DNA of 64,000 nt from Tubulanus polymorphus. Lineage: Eukaryota > Animalia > Nemertea. The position numbers and the translations under genes were made by a program. Shown here in pieces: positions 47,501 through 62,922 of the stretch (the first letter of the stretch is position 1; each line of letters begins with the position of its first letter). Where the stretch lies: positions 11,372,850 to 11,436,849 of the forward strand of contig NC_134029.1 in the NCBI RefSeq assembly GCF_964204645.1. The letters are read 5' to 3'. The notes under the pieces are model-generated. The model made no database searches and was not told the DNA's origin. It saw nothing but the letters and a program-made list of their open reading frames with translations.

Positions 47501-48607
47501 GAGACAAAACCAAAATAATGAATTGTCGCGGGCGATAAAAACAAAATATTGAATTGTCGCGGGCGATAAAAACAAAATAATGAATTGTCTCGGGCGACAA
47601 AAACATAATATTTAATTGTCACGTGCGATAAAACCAAAATAATGAATTTTCGCAGGCGACAAAACCAAAATAATGAATTGTCGCGGGCGATAAAACCAAA
47701 ATAATGAATTATCGCGGGCGATAAAACCAAAATATTGAATTGTCGCGGGCGATAAAACCAAAATAATCAATTGTCGCGGGCGACAAAACCAAAATAATGA
47801 ATTGTCGCGGAATGATGCAATCGTGAGTTGAAATAATACCTGAACAAATCGATGCACAGACATTTACTTTATATATCTACTTGAACAATCGAGCCTACTC
47901 AGTAATATACTCAGTTTTTACGAAACCTGGAGTTTTTGTTTCAGAGAAATTTGAGTATCAGTATCCGATGCTATATACTAACGTTAACGTTAGTTATCAT
48001 CGCTCCGTCATGCTAAGTTATACATTTCATGTCAACCAGTATCTACAGGCAGCTGTACAGTGTGTACACACTATATCTGAATACGAGGCTGGAATAACAG
48101 GCTCACTTCACGTAGGTTCATGCTGAGGAGAAACTCGCAGCTGATCCCCGGAACGACGATGTAGTAACACACGTCGATTCGTCGATGTTTACGGCTCGAC
48201 AGTGCTTTTAAAATCTAATGTAGTAAATTTCCAGTGTATCGGTAATATGATTTGATGAGGAAAATGGGCTATTGTTAAAATCACTGTTTGAAGACCACGA
48301 CTGAATGTGAAGTCTGCGGCAATAAATTAGTTCATTTATACTTGAATTGATAATCGAAGTGACAGTCGGCCTGCGGGTTGATTTCGGGATGACGACTCGA
48401 AAAACATGTCGCCCCATTGAATGGGGCTAAATTTTCGATGTTTACGGCCCGACAGCGCTTTTGTAACGATGATTCGTGAAAAAACACGCGGGCTATTTGT
48501 AGATCTCAGTGAGCTGAACGATATTATATGGATTGTATATGAAACAGCGGTAAGGTAACAAAGCCTATGTTCTTTTGGTAAAAATAGTGTGGAAGAAAAT
48601 AATAATA
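44598..48607. mobile_element. Element A, tandem unit 2
   Basis: 4010-bp unit with satellite (44970-45277, 46537-47810) and element B. Confidence 0.8.
45277..46536. mobile_element. HINE-like element B copy
   Basis: Same ends and structure as 40837-42090. Confidence 0.8.
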
Positions 48608-49286
48608 AATATAGCTGCAAAGCAGCGATAACGGGTTTTCTGCACAGTCTTAGAATCCTGTTCAACGGTGGATTTCAACAAAGCATTTGATAAGGCTCAA
48701 CATCAGCCATTACTAAACAGGCTATTAGGAAACAGTATCAATGATAGGTCGCCAAATGGCTCAGCAGTTATCTCTGAACGGAAACTTGTAACCGAAATCA
48801 ACGGAACGCCTCATCTTGGAATGAGACGGTCTAACTAGTGGAGTCACGCAAGGTAGTATCCTAAGTCGTCTTCTGTTTAATCTCCTGACAAATGACATAC
48901 ACAGTAATCCAAAATATACCAGACCGAGTAAATTTCCAAAACGACCTTAACACACTGTTCGACCAAAAAACTTAATGTTCCGACAAAACCACGGGCGACA
49001 AAACCAAAATTATGAATTGTCGCGGGTGACAAAACCAAAATATTGAATTGTCACGGGTGACAAAACAAAAATAATGAATTGTCGCGAGGGATAAAACCAA
49101 AATAATGAATTGTCGCGGGCGATAAAACCACAATAATGAATTGTCGCGGGCGTTAAAACCAAAATATTGAATCGTCGCGGGCGATAAAACCAAAATAATG
49201 AATTGTCGCGGACGGCAAAAACAAAATAATGAATTGTTGCGTGCGACAAAACCAAAATAATGAATTGTCGCGGGCGACAAAACCAA

Positions 49287-50546
49287 ACTAGGGGTCCAGG
49301 GACACCATGCTCACTTGGGAAGTGGTTTCAAATGCTCAACTATCTAACAATTTAAATACATAACGCCCTCTAGTGACCATATACAAAAACCAATGACCTT
49401 GAAACCCACCACAATCATAGAACATGTGAGCAGCTATGATTTTGTAATTGATTGTGATAACAAAATATGCCTCGTTACCAATTTAATATGGAAATACTAA
49501 GTTATTCTACTATTCAACGCCCTCTGGTGACCATATGCAAAACCCAATGACCTTAAAACTCACCACAATCGTAGTACATGTCATGAACTACATCTTAACA
49601 ATGGATCATGGTAACAAACTATGCCTAGGTACCAATCTAATAAGGAAAAACTAAGCTTTTCTACTATTCAACGCCCCCTGGTGACTATATGGAATAACTA
49701 ATGTCCTTAAAAACTCACCGCAATCATAGACGATGTCATGAACTACAACTTTGCAATTGATCATGGTAACAAAATATGCCTTGGTACAAATATAATATAG
49801 CGATACTAAGTTATTGTATTATTCAACGCCCCCTGATGGCCACATACAAAAACCAATGACCTTGAAACTCACCAAAATCATAGAACACGTTATGGGCTAC
49901 AACTTTCCAATTGAATATAGTAACACAATATGCTTAGGTATCGATTTAATGTGGAAAAAACTTTTTCCCACCTACGAATGAGTACTGATGACACCAAGAT
50001 GGCCGCCAATTGCGTCATAATTGTCTGATCAAAATACCTGTCCCAGGTATAAAACATCCCTCTCTAAAGAATACCCATCAGCAATTGCAATGAGAAATGG
50101 CAAACCAGTAGGAAGCTACAGGACCTAGAATTCTGGCCAAAATTGACATTTTTGGGCACTAAAAAGGTCATAGGACGGCCATCTTGAGTCAGATCGACCC
50201 AATTTTCTTATGCTGATGGGCCTTTGGTAGATTCAAATATAAACGAAAGATCAAGGTAATTGATCAAAGCGTCTTCAAAATTTCCCACGAAAACTTCGAA
50301 AATGTTTAAAAAGTGCTGATTATGGCAAACAACAATGGCTGCCAGTCGACCATCTTGAATCTGACAGGGCCAGTTTTTGGGCTGACGATGTGTCTAGGGT
50401 AGATACATGTATAAACCAAATATCAAGACATTACCTTGAAGCGTCTTCAAAACTTCCCGAAATAACTGGATTCCGTCTATGGACGGACGGACGGACGAAA
50501 AGTGAACGCAATAGCCCGCTGGGACTAAAGTCCCAAGTGGACTGAA
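49287..50546. mobile_element. HINE-like element B copy
   Basis: Apparently identical to 45277-46536 at +4010. Confidence 0.8.
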
Positions 50547-53500
50547 AAAGAATTGTCGCGGGCGACAAAACCAAACTAATGAATTGTCGCGGGTGATAAA
50601 ACGAAAATATTGAATTGTCACGGGCGACAAAACCAAACTAATGAATTGTCGGGGGCGATAAAACCAAACTATGAATTGTCGCGGGTGACAAAACCAAACT
50701 AATGAATTGTCGCGGGCGATAAAACCAAACTATGAATTGTCGCGGGCGATAAAACCAAAATAATGAATTGTCTCGGGCGACAAAAACATAATATTTAATT
50801 GTCACGTGCGATAAAACCAAAATAATGAATTTTCGCGGGCGACAAAACCAAAATAATGAATTGTTGCGGGCGATAAAACCAAAATAATGATTTGTCGCGG
50901 GCGACAAACCAAAATATTGAATTATCGCGGGCGACAAAAAAAAAATAAAACCAAAATAATGAATTGTCGCGGGGGACAAAAACAAAATATAAAACCAAAA
51001 TAATGAATTGTCGCGGGCGACAAAACCAAAATAATGAATTGTCGCTGGAGATAAAACCAAAGTAATGAATTGTCGCGGGCGATAAAACCAAATATTGAAT
51101 TGTCGCGGGTGATAAAACCAAAATATTGAATTGTCGCGGGCGACAAAACCAAACTAATGAATTGTCGCGGGCGATAAAACCAAACTATGAATTGTCGCGG
51201 GCGATAAAACCAAAATAATGAATTGTCTCGGGCGACAAAAACATAATATTTAATTGTCACGTGCGATAAAACCAAAATAATGAATTTTCGCAGGCGACAA
51301 AACCAAAATAATGAATTGTCGCAGGCGACAAAACCAAAGTAATGAATTGTTGTGGGCGATAAAACCAAAATAATGATTTGTCGCGGGCGACAAAACCAAA
51401 ATATTGAATTATCGCGGGCGACAAAACCAAAATAATGAATTGTCGCGGGCGACAAAACCAAAAAAGAATTGTCTCGGGCGACAAAAACATAATATTTAAT
51501 TGTCGTGGGCGATAAAACCAAAATAATGAATTGTCGCTGGCGATAAAACCAAAATGGTGAATTGTCGTGGGCGACAAAACCAAAATAATGAATTGTCGTG
51601 GGCGATAAAACCAAAATAATGAATTGTCGCTGGCGATAAAACCAAAATAATGAATTGTCTCGGGCGACACAACCAAAATAATGAATTGTCTCGGGCGACA
51701 AAAACATAATATTTAATTGTCACGTGCGATAAAACCAAAATAATGAATTTTCGCGGGCGACAAAACCAAAATAATGAATTGTTGCGGGCGATAAAACCAA
51801 AATAATGATTTGTCGCGGGCGACAAACCAAAATATTGAATTATCGCGGGCGACAAAAAAAAATAAAACCAAAATAATGAATTGTCGCGGGCGACAAAAAC
51901 AAAATATAAAACCAAAATAATGAATTGTCGCTGGAGATAAAACCAAAGTAATGAATTGTCGCGGGCGATAAAACCAAATATTGAATTGTCGCGGGTGATA
52001 AAACCAAAATATTGAATTGTCGCGGGCGACAAAACCAAACTAATGAATTGTCGCGGGCGATAAAACCAAACTAATGAATTGTCGCGGGCGATAAAACCAA
52101 ATATTGAATTGTCGCGGGTGATAAAACCAAAATATTGAATTGTCGCGGGCGACAAAACCAAACTAATGAATTGTCGCAGGCGATAAAACCAAACTATGAA
52201 TTGTCGCGGGCGATAAAACCAAAATAATGAATTGTCTCGGGCGACAAAAACATAATATTTAATTGTCACGTGCGATAAAACCAAAATAATGAATTTTCGC
52301 AGGCGACAAAACCAAAATAATGAATTGTCGCTGGAGATAAAACCAAAGTAATGAATTGTCGCGAGCGATAAAACCAAATATTGAATTGTCGCGGGAGACA
52401 AAACCAAACTAATGAATTGTCGCGGGCGACAAAACCAAAAAAGAATTGTCGGGGCGATAAAACCAAAATAATGAATTTTCGCAGGCGACAAAACCAAAAT
52501 AATGAATTGTCGCAGGCGACAAAACCAAAGTAATGAATTGTTGCGGGCGATAAAACCAAAATAATGATTTGTCGCGGGCGACAAAACCAAAATATTGAAT
52601 TATCGCGGGCGACAAAACCAAAATAATGAATTGTCGCGGGCGACAAAACCAAAAAAGAATTGTCTCGGGCGACAAAAACATAATATTTAATTGTCGCGGG
52701 CGATAAAACCAAAATAATGAATTGTCGCTGGCGATAAAACCAAAATGGTGAATTGTCGTGGGCGACAAAACCAAAATAATGAATTGTCGTGGGCGATAAA
52801 ACCAAAATAATGAATTGTCGCTGGCGATAAAACCAAAATAATGAATTGTCTCGGGCGACACAACCAAAATAATGAATTGTCTCGGGCGACAAAAACATAA
52901 TATTTAATTGTCACGTGCGATAAAACCAAAATAATGAATTTTCGCGGGCGACAAAACCAAAATAATGAATTGTTGCGGGCGATAAAACCAAAATAATGAT
53001 TTGTCGCGGGCGACAAACCAAAATATTGAATTATCGCGGGCGACAAAAAAAAAATAAAACCAAAATAATGAATTGTCGCGGGCGACAAAAACAAAATATA
53101 AAACCGAAATAATGAATTGTCCAGGCGACAAAACCAAAATAATGAATTGTCGCTGGAGATAAAACCAAAGTAATGAATTGTCGCGGGCGATAAAACCAAA
53201 TATTGAATTGTCGCGGGTGATAAAACCTAAATATTGAATTGTCGCGGGCGACAAAACCAAACTAATGAATTGTCGCGGGCGATAAAACCAAACTATGAAT
53301 TGTCGCGGGCGATAAAACCAAAATAATGAATTGTCTCGGGCGACAAAAACATAATATTTAATTGTCACGTGCGATAAAACCAAAATAATGAATTTTCGCA
53401 GGCGACAAAACCAAAATAATGAATTGTCGCTGGAGATAAAACCAAAATAATGAATTGTCGCGGGCGATAAAACCAAATATTGAATTGTCGCGGGAGACAA

Positions 53501-56500
53501 AACCAAACTAATGAATTGTCGCGGGCGACAAAACCAAAAAAGAATTGTCGGGGCGACAAAACCAAAATAATGAATTGTCGCGGGCGATAAAACCAAAATA
53601 ATGAATTGTCGCTGGCGATAAAACCAAAATGGTGAATTGTCGTGGGCGACAAAACCAAAATAATGAATTGTCGTGGGCGATAAAACCAAAATAATGAATT
53701 GTCGCGGGCGACAAACCAAAATATTGAATTATCGCGGGCGACAAAAAAAAAATAAAACCAAAATAATGAATTGTCGCGGGCGACAAAAACAAAATATAAA
53801 ACCAAAATAATGAATTGTCGCGGGCGACAAAACCAAAATAATGAATTGTCGCTGGAGATAAAACCAAAGTAATGAATTGTCGCGGGCGATAAAACCAAAT
53901 ATTGAATTGTCGCGGGTGATAAAACCAAAATAATGAATTGTCTCGGGCGACAAAAACATAATATTTAATTGTCACGTGCGACAAAACCAAAATAATGAAT
54001 TTTCGCAGGCGACAAAACCAAAATAATGAATTGTCGCTGGAGATAAAACCAAAGTAATGAATTGTCGCGGGCGATAAAACCAAATATTGAATTGTCGCGG
54101 GAGACAAAACCAAACTAATGAATTGTCGCGGGCGACAAAACCAAAAAAGAATTGTCGGGGCGACAAAACCAAAATAATGAATTGTCGCTGGCGATAAAAC
54201 CAAAATGGTGAATTGTCGTGGGCGACAAAACCAAAATAATGAATTGTCGTGGGCGATAAAACCAAAATAATGAATTGTCGCTGGCGATAAAACCAAAATA
54301 ATGAATTGTCTCGGGCGACACAACCAAAATAATGAATTGTCGGGGCGACAAAACCAAAATAATGAATTGTCGCAGGCGATAAAACCAAAATAATGAATTG
54401 TCGCTGGCGATAAAACCAAAATGGTGAATTGTCGTGGGCGACAAAACCAAAATAATGAATTGTCGTGGGCGATAAAACCAAAATAATGAATTGTCGCTGG
54501 CGATAAAACCAAAATAATGAATTGTCTCGGGCGACACAACCAAAATAATGAATTGTCTCGGGCGACAAAAACATAATATTTAATTGTCACGTGCGATAAA
54601 ACCAAAATAATGAATTTTCGCGGGCGACAAAACCAAAATAATGAATTGTCGCGGGCGACAAAACCAAAATAATGAATTGTCGCGGGTGATATAACCAAAA
54701 TAATGAATTGTCTCGGGCGACAAAAACATAATATTTAATTGTCACGTGCGATAAAACCAAAATAATGAATTTTCGCAGGCGACAAAACCAAAATAATGAA
54801 TTGTCGCTGGAGATAAAACCAAAGTAATGAATTGTCGCGGGCGATAAAACCAAATATTGAATTGTCGCGGGAGACAAAACCAAACTAATGAATTGTCGCG
54901 GGCGACAAAACCAAAAAAGAATTGTCGGGGCGACAAAACCAAAATAATGAATTGTCGCGGGCGATAAAACCAAAATAATGAATTGTCGCTGGCGATAAAA
55001 CCAAAATGGTGAATTGTCGTGGGCGACAAAACCAAAATAATGAATTGTCGTGGGCGATAAAACCAAAATAATGAATTGTCGCTGGCGATAAAACCAAAAT
55101 AATGAATTGTCTCGGGCGACACAACCAAAATAATGAATTGTCGGGGCGACAAAACCAAAATAATGAATTGTCGCAGGCGATAAAACCAAAATAATGAATT
55201 GTCGCTGGCGATAAAACCAAAATGGTGAATTGTCGTGGGCGACAAAACCAAAATAATGAATTGTCGTGGGCGATAAAACCAAAATAATGAATTGTCGCTG
55301 GCGATAAAACCAAAATAATGAATTGTCTCGGGCGACACAACCAAAATAATGAATTGTCTCGGGCGACAAAAACATAATATTTAATTGTCACGTGCGATAA
55401 AACCAAAATAATGAATTTTCGCGGGCGACAAAACCAAAATAATGAATTGTCGCGGGCGACAAAACCAAAATAATGAATTGTCGCGGGTGACAAAACCAAA
55501 AAAAAAGAATTGTCGGGGCGACAAAACCAAAATAATGAATTGTCGCGGGCGATAAAACCAAAATGATGAATTGTCGCGGGCGACAAAACCAAAATGGTGA
55601 ATTGTCGCGGGCGATAAAACCAAAATAATGAATTATCGCGGGCGAAAAAACCAAAATAATGAATTATCGCGGGCGATAAAACCAAAATATTGAATTGTCG
55701 CGGGCGACAAATCAAAAAAAAAAATTGTCGCGGGCGACAAAACCATAAAAAAATTGTCGTCGGCGACAAAAACGAAATATAAAACCAAAATAATGAATTG
55801 TCGCGGGCGATAAAACCGTAATAATGAATTGTCGCGGGCGATAAAACCAAAATAATGAACTATCGCGGGCGACAAAACCAAAATGATGAATTATCGCGGG
55901 CGATAAAACCAAAATATTGAATTGTCGCGGGCGACAAAACCAAAAAAAAAATTGTCGCGGGCGCCAAAACCAAAAAAAAATTGTTGCGGGCGACAAAAAC
56001 AAAATATAAAACCAAAATAATGAAATGTCGCGGGCGACAAAACTAAAAAGAAGGATTGTCGCGGGCGACAAAACCAAAATAATGAATTGTCGCTGGCGAT
56101 AAAACAAAAATAATGAATTGTCGCAGGCGATAAAACCGGGACAAAAAAAAATTGTCGAGGGCGATAAAACCAAAATTATGAATTGTTGCATGCGACAAAA
56201 CCAAAACAATGAATTGTCGCAGGCGATAAAACCAAAATAATGAATTGTCGTGGGCGACAAAACCAAAGTATTGATTTGTCGCGGGTGACAAAACCAAATT
56301 AATGAATTGTCGCGGGCGATAAAACCAAAATAATCAATTGTTCCGGGCGATAAAACCAAAATAATCAATTGTCGCTGGCGATAAAACCAAAATATTGAAT
56401 TGTCGCGGGTGACAAAACCAAAATATTGATTTGTCGCGGGTGACAAAACCAAATTAATGGATTGTCGCAGGCGATAAAACCAAAACAATGAATTGTCGCG

Positions 56501-59500
56501 GGCGATAAAACCAAAAAATTGAATTGTCGTGGGCGACAAAACCAAAATACTGATTTGTCGCGGGTGACAAAACCAAATTAATGAATTGTCGCGGACGATA
56601 AAACCAAAATATTTAATTGTCGCGGGCGATAAAACCAAAATCTTGAATTGTCGCGGGCGACAAAACCAAACTAATGAATTGTCGCGGGCGATAAAACCAA
56701 ACTATGAATTGTCGCGGGCGATAAAACCAAAATAATGAATTGTCTCGGGCGACAAAAACATAATATTTAATTGTCACGTGCGATAAAACCAAAATAATGA
56801 ATTTTCGCAGGCGACAAAACCAAAATAATGAATTGTCGCGGGCGACAAAACCAAAATAATGAATTGTTGCGGGCGATAAAACCAAAATAATGATTTGTCG
56901 CGGGCGACAAAACCAAAATATTGAATTATCGCGGGCGACAAAACCAAAATAATGAATTGTCGCGGGCGATAAAACCAAAATAATGAATTGTCGCTGGCGA
57001 TAAAACCAAAATGGTGAATTGTCGTGGGCGACAAAACCAAAATAATGAATTGTCGTGGGCGATAAAACCAAAATAATGAATTGTCGCTGGCGATAAAACC
57101 AAAATAATGAATTGTCTCGGGCGACACAACCAAAATAATGAATTGTCTCGGGCGACAAAAACATAATATTTAATTGTCACGTGCGATAAAACCAAAATAA
57201 TGAATTTTCGCGGGCGACAAAACCAAAATAATGAATTGTTGCGGGCGATAAAACCAAAATAATGATTTGTCGCGGGCGACAAACCAAAATATTGAATTAT
57301 CGCGGGCGACAAAAAAAAAATAAAACCAAAATAATGAATTGTCGCGGGCGACAAAAACAAAATATAAAACCAAAATAATGAATTGTCGCGGGCGACAAAA
57401 CCAAAATAATGAATTGTCGCTGGAGATAAAACCAAAGTAATGAATTGTCGCGGGCGATAAAACAAAATATTGAATTGTCGCGGGTGATAAAACCAAAATA
57501 TTGAATTGTTGCGGGCGACAAAACCAAACTAATGAATTGTCGCGGGCGATAAAACCAAACTATGAATTGTCGCGGGCGATAAAACCAAAATAATGAATTG
57601 TCTCGGGCGACAAAAACATAATATTTAATTGTCACGTGCGATAAAACCAAAATAATGAATTTTCGCAGGCGACAAAACCAAAATAATGAATTGTCGCAGG
57701 CGACAAAACCAAAGTAATGAATTGTTGCGGGCGATAAAACCAAAATAATGATTTGTCGCGGGCGACAAAACCAAAATATTGAATTATCCCGGGCGACAAA
57801 ACCAAAATAATGAATTGTCGCGGGCGACAAAACCAAAAAAGAATTGTCTCGGGCGACAAAAACATAATATTTAATTGTCGCGGGCGATAAAACCAAAATA
57901 ATGAATTGTCGCTGGCGATAAAACCAAAATGGTGAATTGTCGTGGGCGACAAAACCAAAATAATGAATTGTCGTGGGCGATAAAACCAAAATAATGAATT
58001 GTCGCTGGCGATAAAACCAAAATAATGAATTGTCTCGGGCGACACAACCAAAATAATGAATTGTCTCGGGCGACAAAAACATAATATTTAATTGTCACGT
58101 GCGATAAAACCAAAATAATGAATTTTCGCGGGCGACAAAACCAAAATAATGAATTGTTGCGGGCGATAAAACCAAAATAATGATTTGTCGCGGGCGACAA
58201 ACCAAAATATTGAATTATCGCGGGCGACAAAAAAAAAATAAAACCAAAATAATGAATTGTCGCGGGCGACAAAAACAAAATATAAAACCAAAATAATGAA
58301 TTGTCGCGGGCGACAAAACCAAAATAATGAATTGTCGCTGGAGATAAAACCAAAGTAATGAATTGTCGCGGGCGATAAAACCAAATATTGAATTGTCGCG
58401 GGTGATAAAACCTAAATATTGAATTGTCGCGGGCGACAAAACCAAACTAATGAATTGTCGCGGGCGATAAAACCAAACTATGAATTGTCGCGGGCGATAA
58501 AACCAAAATAATGAATTGTCTCGGGCGACAAAAACATAATATTTAATTGTCACGTGCGATAAAACCAAAATAATGAATTTTCGCAGGCGACAAAACCAAA
58601 ATAATGAATTGTCGCTGGAGATAAAACCAAAGTAATGAATTGTCGCGGGCGATAAAACCAAATATTGAATTGTCGCGGGAGACACAACCAAACTAATGAA
58701 TTGTCGCGGGCGACAAAACCAAAAAAGAATTGTCGGGGCGACAAAACCAAAATAATGAATTGTCGCGGGCGATAAAACCAAAATAATGAATTGTCGCTGG
58801 CGATAAAACCAAAATGGTGAATTGTCGTGGGCGACAAAACCAAAATAATGAATTGTCGTGGGCGATAAAACCAAAATAATGAATTGTCGCGGGCGACAAA
58901 CCAAAATATTGAATTATCGCGGGCGACAAAAAAAAAATAAAACCAAAATAATGAATTGTCGCGGGCGACAAAAACAAAATATAAAACCAAAATAATGAAT
59001 TGTCGCGGGCGACAAAACCAAAATAATGAATTGTCGCTGGAGATAAAACCAAAGTAATGAATTGTCGCGGGCGATAAAATCAAATATTGAATTGTCGCGG
59101 GTGATAAAACCAAAATATTGAATTGTCGCGGGCGACAAAACCAAACTAATGAATTGTCGCGGGCGATAAAACCAAACTATGAATTGTCGCGGGCGATAAA
59201 ACCAAAATAATGAATTGTCTCGGGCGACAAAAACATAATATTTAATTGTCACGTGCGATAAAACCAAAATAATGAATTTTCGCAGGCGACAAAACCAAAA
59301 TAATGAATTGTCGCAGGCGACAAAACCAAAGTAATGAATTGTTGCGGGCGATAAAACCAAAATAATGATTTGTCGCGGGCGACAAAACCAAAATATTGAA
59401 TTATCGCGGGCGACAAAACCAAAATAATGAATTGTCGCGGGCGACAAAACCAAAAAAGAATTGTCTCGGGCGACAAAAACATAATATTTAATTGTCGCGG

Positions 59501-62500
59501 GCGATAAAACCAAAATAATGAATTGTCGCTGGCGATAAAACCAAAATGGTGAATTGTCGTGGGCGACAAAACCAAAATAATGAATTGTCGTGGGCGATAA
59601 AACCAAAATAATGAATTGTCGCTGGCGATAAAACCAAAATAATGAATTGTCTCGGGCGACACAACCAAAATAATGAATTGTCTCGGGCGACAAAAACATA
59701 ATATTTAATTGTCACGTGCGATAAAACCAAAATAATGAATTTTCGCGGGCGACAAAACCAAAATAATGAATTGTTGCGGGCGATAAAACCAAAATAATGA
59801 TTTGTCGCGGGCGACAAACCAAAATATTGAATTATCGCGGGCGACAAAAAAAAAATAAAACCAAAATAATGAATTGTCGCGGGCGACAAAAACAAAATAT
59901 AAAACCAAAATAATGAATTGTCGCGGGCGACAAAACCAAAATAATGAATTGTCGCTGGAGATAAAACCAAAGTAATGAATTGTCGCGGGCGATAAAACCA
60001 AATATTGAATTGTCGCGGGTGATAAAACCTAAATATTGAATTGTCGCGGGCGACAAAACCAAACTAATGAATTGTCGCGGGCGATAAAACCAAACTATGA
60101 ATTGTCGCGGGCGATAAAACCAAAATAATGAATTGTCTCGGGCGACAAAAACATAATATTTAATTGTCACGTGCGATAAAACCAAAATAATGAATTTTCG
60201 CAGGCGACAAAACCAAAATAATGAATTGTCGCTGGAGATAAAACCAAAGTAATGAATTGTCGCGGGCGATAAAACCAAATATTGAATTGTCGCGGGAGAC
60301 ACAACCAAACTAATGAATTGTCGCGGGCGACAAAACCAAAAAAGAATTGTCGGGGCGACAAAACCAAAATAATGAATTGTCGCGGGCGATAAAACCAAAA
60401 TAATGAATTGTCGCTGGCGATAAAACCAAAATGGTGAATTGTCGTGGGCGACAAAACCAAAATAATGAATTGTCGTGGGCGATAAAACCAAAATAATGAT
60501 TTGTCGCGGGCGACAAACCAAAATATTGAATTATCGCGGGCGACAAAAAAAAAATAAAACCAAAATAATGAATTGTCGCGGGCGACAAAAACAAAATATA
60601 AAACCAAAATAATGAATTGTCGCTGGAGATAAAACCAAAGTAATGAATTGTCGCGGGCGATAAAACCAAATATTGAATTGTCGCGGGTGATAAAACCAAA
60701 ATATTGAATTGTAGCGGGCGACAAAACCAAACTAATGAATTGTCGCGGGCGATAAAACCAAACTATGAATTGTCGCGGGCGATAAAACCAAAATAATGAA
60801 TTGTCTCGGGCGACAAAAACATAATATTTAATTGTCACGTGCGATAAAACCAAAATAATGAATTTTCGCAGGCGACAAAACCAAAATAATGAATTGTCGC
60901 TGGAGATAAAACCAAAGTAATGAATTGTCGCGGGCGATAAAACCAAATATTGAATTGTCGCGGGAGACAAAACCAAACTAATGAATTGTCGCGGGCGACA
61001 AAACCAAAAAAGAATTGTCGGGGCGACAAAACCAAAATAATGAATTGTCGCGGGCGATAAAACCAAAATAATGAATTGTCGCTGGCGATAAAACCAAAAT
61101 GGTGAATTGTCGTGGGCGACAAAACCAAAATAATGAATTGTCGTGGGCGATAAAACCAAAATAATGAATTGTCGCTGGCGATAAAACCAAAATGGTGAAT
61201 TGTCGCGGGCGATAAAACCAAAATAATGAATTGTCGCTGGCGATAAAACCAAAATAATGAATTATCGCGGGCGAAAAAACCAAAATAATGAATTATCGCG
61301 GGCGATAAAACCAAAATATTGAATTGTCGCGGGCAACAAATCAAAAAAAAAAATTGTCGCGGGCGACAAAACCAAAAAAAAATTGTCGTCGGCGACAAAA
61401 ACGAAATATAAAACCAAAATAATGAATTGTCGCGGGCGATAAAACCGTAATAATGAATTGTCGCGGGCGATAAAACCAAAATAATGAACTATCGCGGGCG
61501 ACAAAACCAAAATGATGAATTATCGCGGGCGATAAAACCAAAATATTGAATTGTCGCGGGCGACAAAACCAAAAAAAAAATTGTCGCGGGCGCCAAAACC
61601 AAAAAAAAATTGTTGCGGGCGACAAAAACAAAATATAAAACCAAAGTAATGAAATGTCGCGGGCGACAAAACTAAAAAGAAGGATTGTCGCGGGCGACAA
61701 AACCAAAATAATGAATTGTCGCAGGCGATAAAACAAAAATAATTAATTGTCGCAGGCGATAAAACCGGGACAAAAAAAAATTGTCGAGGGCGATAAAACC
61801 AAAATTATGAATTGTTGCGTGCGACAAAACCAAAACAATGAATTGTCGCAGGCGATAAAACCAAAATAATGAATTGTCGTGGGCGACAAAACCAAAGTAT
61901 TGATTTGTCGCGGGTGACAAAACCAAATTAATGAATTGTCGCGGGCGATAAAACCAAAATAATCAATTGTTCCGGGCGATAAAACCAAAATAATCAATTG
62001 TCGCTGGCGATAAAACCAAAATATTGAATTGTCGCGGGTGACAAAACCAAAATATTGATTTGTCGCGGGTGACAAAACCAAATTAATGGATTGTCGCGGG
62101 CGATAAAACCAAAACAATGAATTGTCGCGGGCGATAAAACCAAAAAATTGAATTGTCGTGGGCGACAAAACCAAAATACTGATTTGTCGCGGGTGACAAA
62201 ACCAAATTAATGAATTGTCGCGGACGATAAAACCAAAATATTTAATTGTCGCGGGCGATAAAACCAAAATCTTGAATTGTCGCGGGCGACAAAACCAAAA
62301 TATTGAATTGTCGCGGGCGACAAAACCAAACTAATGAATTGTTGCGGGCGATAAAACCAAAATAATGAATTGTCGCGTGCGACAAAACCAAAATAATGAA
62401 TTGTCGCGGGCGATAAAACCAAAATAATGAATTGTCGCGGGCGATAAAACCAAAATATTGAATTGTCGTGGGCGACAAAACCAAAATATTGATTTGTCGC

Positions 62501-62922
62501 GGGTGACAAAACCAAATTAATGAATTGTCGCGGGCGATAAAATCAAAATAATGAGTTGTCGCGGGCGACAAAACCAAAATAATGAATTGTCGCGGCGATA
62601 AAACCAAAATAATGAATTGTCGCGGGCGATAAAACCAAAATATTGAAATGTCGCGGGCGACAAAACCAAACTAATGAATTGTCGCGGGCGATAAAACCAA
62701 AATAATGAATTGTCGCGTGCGACAAAACCAAAATAATGAATTGTCGCGGGCGATAAAACCAAAATAATGAATTGTCGCGGGCGATAAAACCAAAATATTG
62801 AATTGTCGTGGGCGACAAAACCAAAATATTGATTTGTCGCGGGTGACAAAACCAAATTAATGAATTGTCGCGGGCGATAAAATCAAAATAATGAGTTGTC
62901 GCGGGCGATAAAACCGAAATAA
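50547..62922. repeat. 31-bp satellite array, about 12.4 kb, with higher-order structure
   Basis: Roughly 400 units; variant monomers recur in fixed order. Confidence 0.96.

Noticed and set aside
40552-62855. Many long minus-strand ORFs (LVLSPATIHYFGF...), also at 18846-21888
   Set aside because: Translations of a 31-bp satellite that is stop-poor on one strand; same peptide in all three frames
50547-62922. CRISPR-like appearance of ~31-bp repeats
   Set aside because: Units are contiguous with no unique spacers, no cas genes, eukaryotic context
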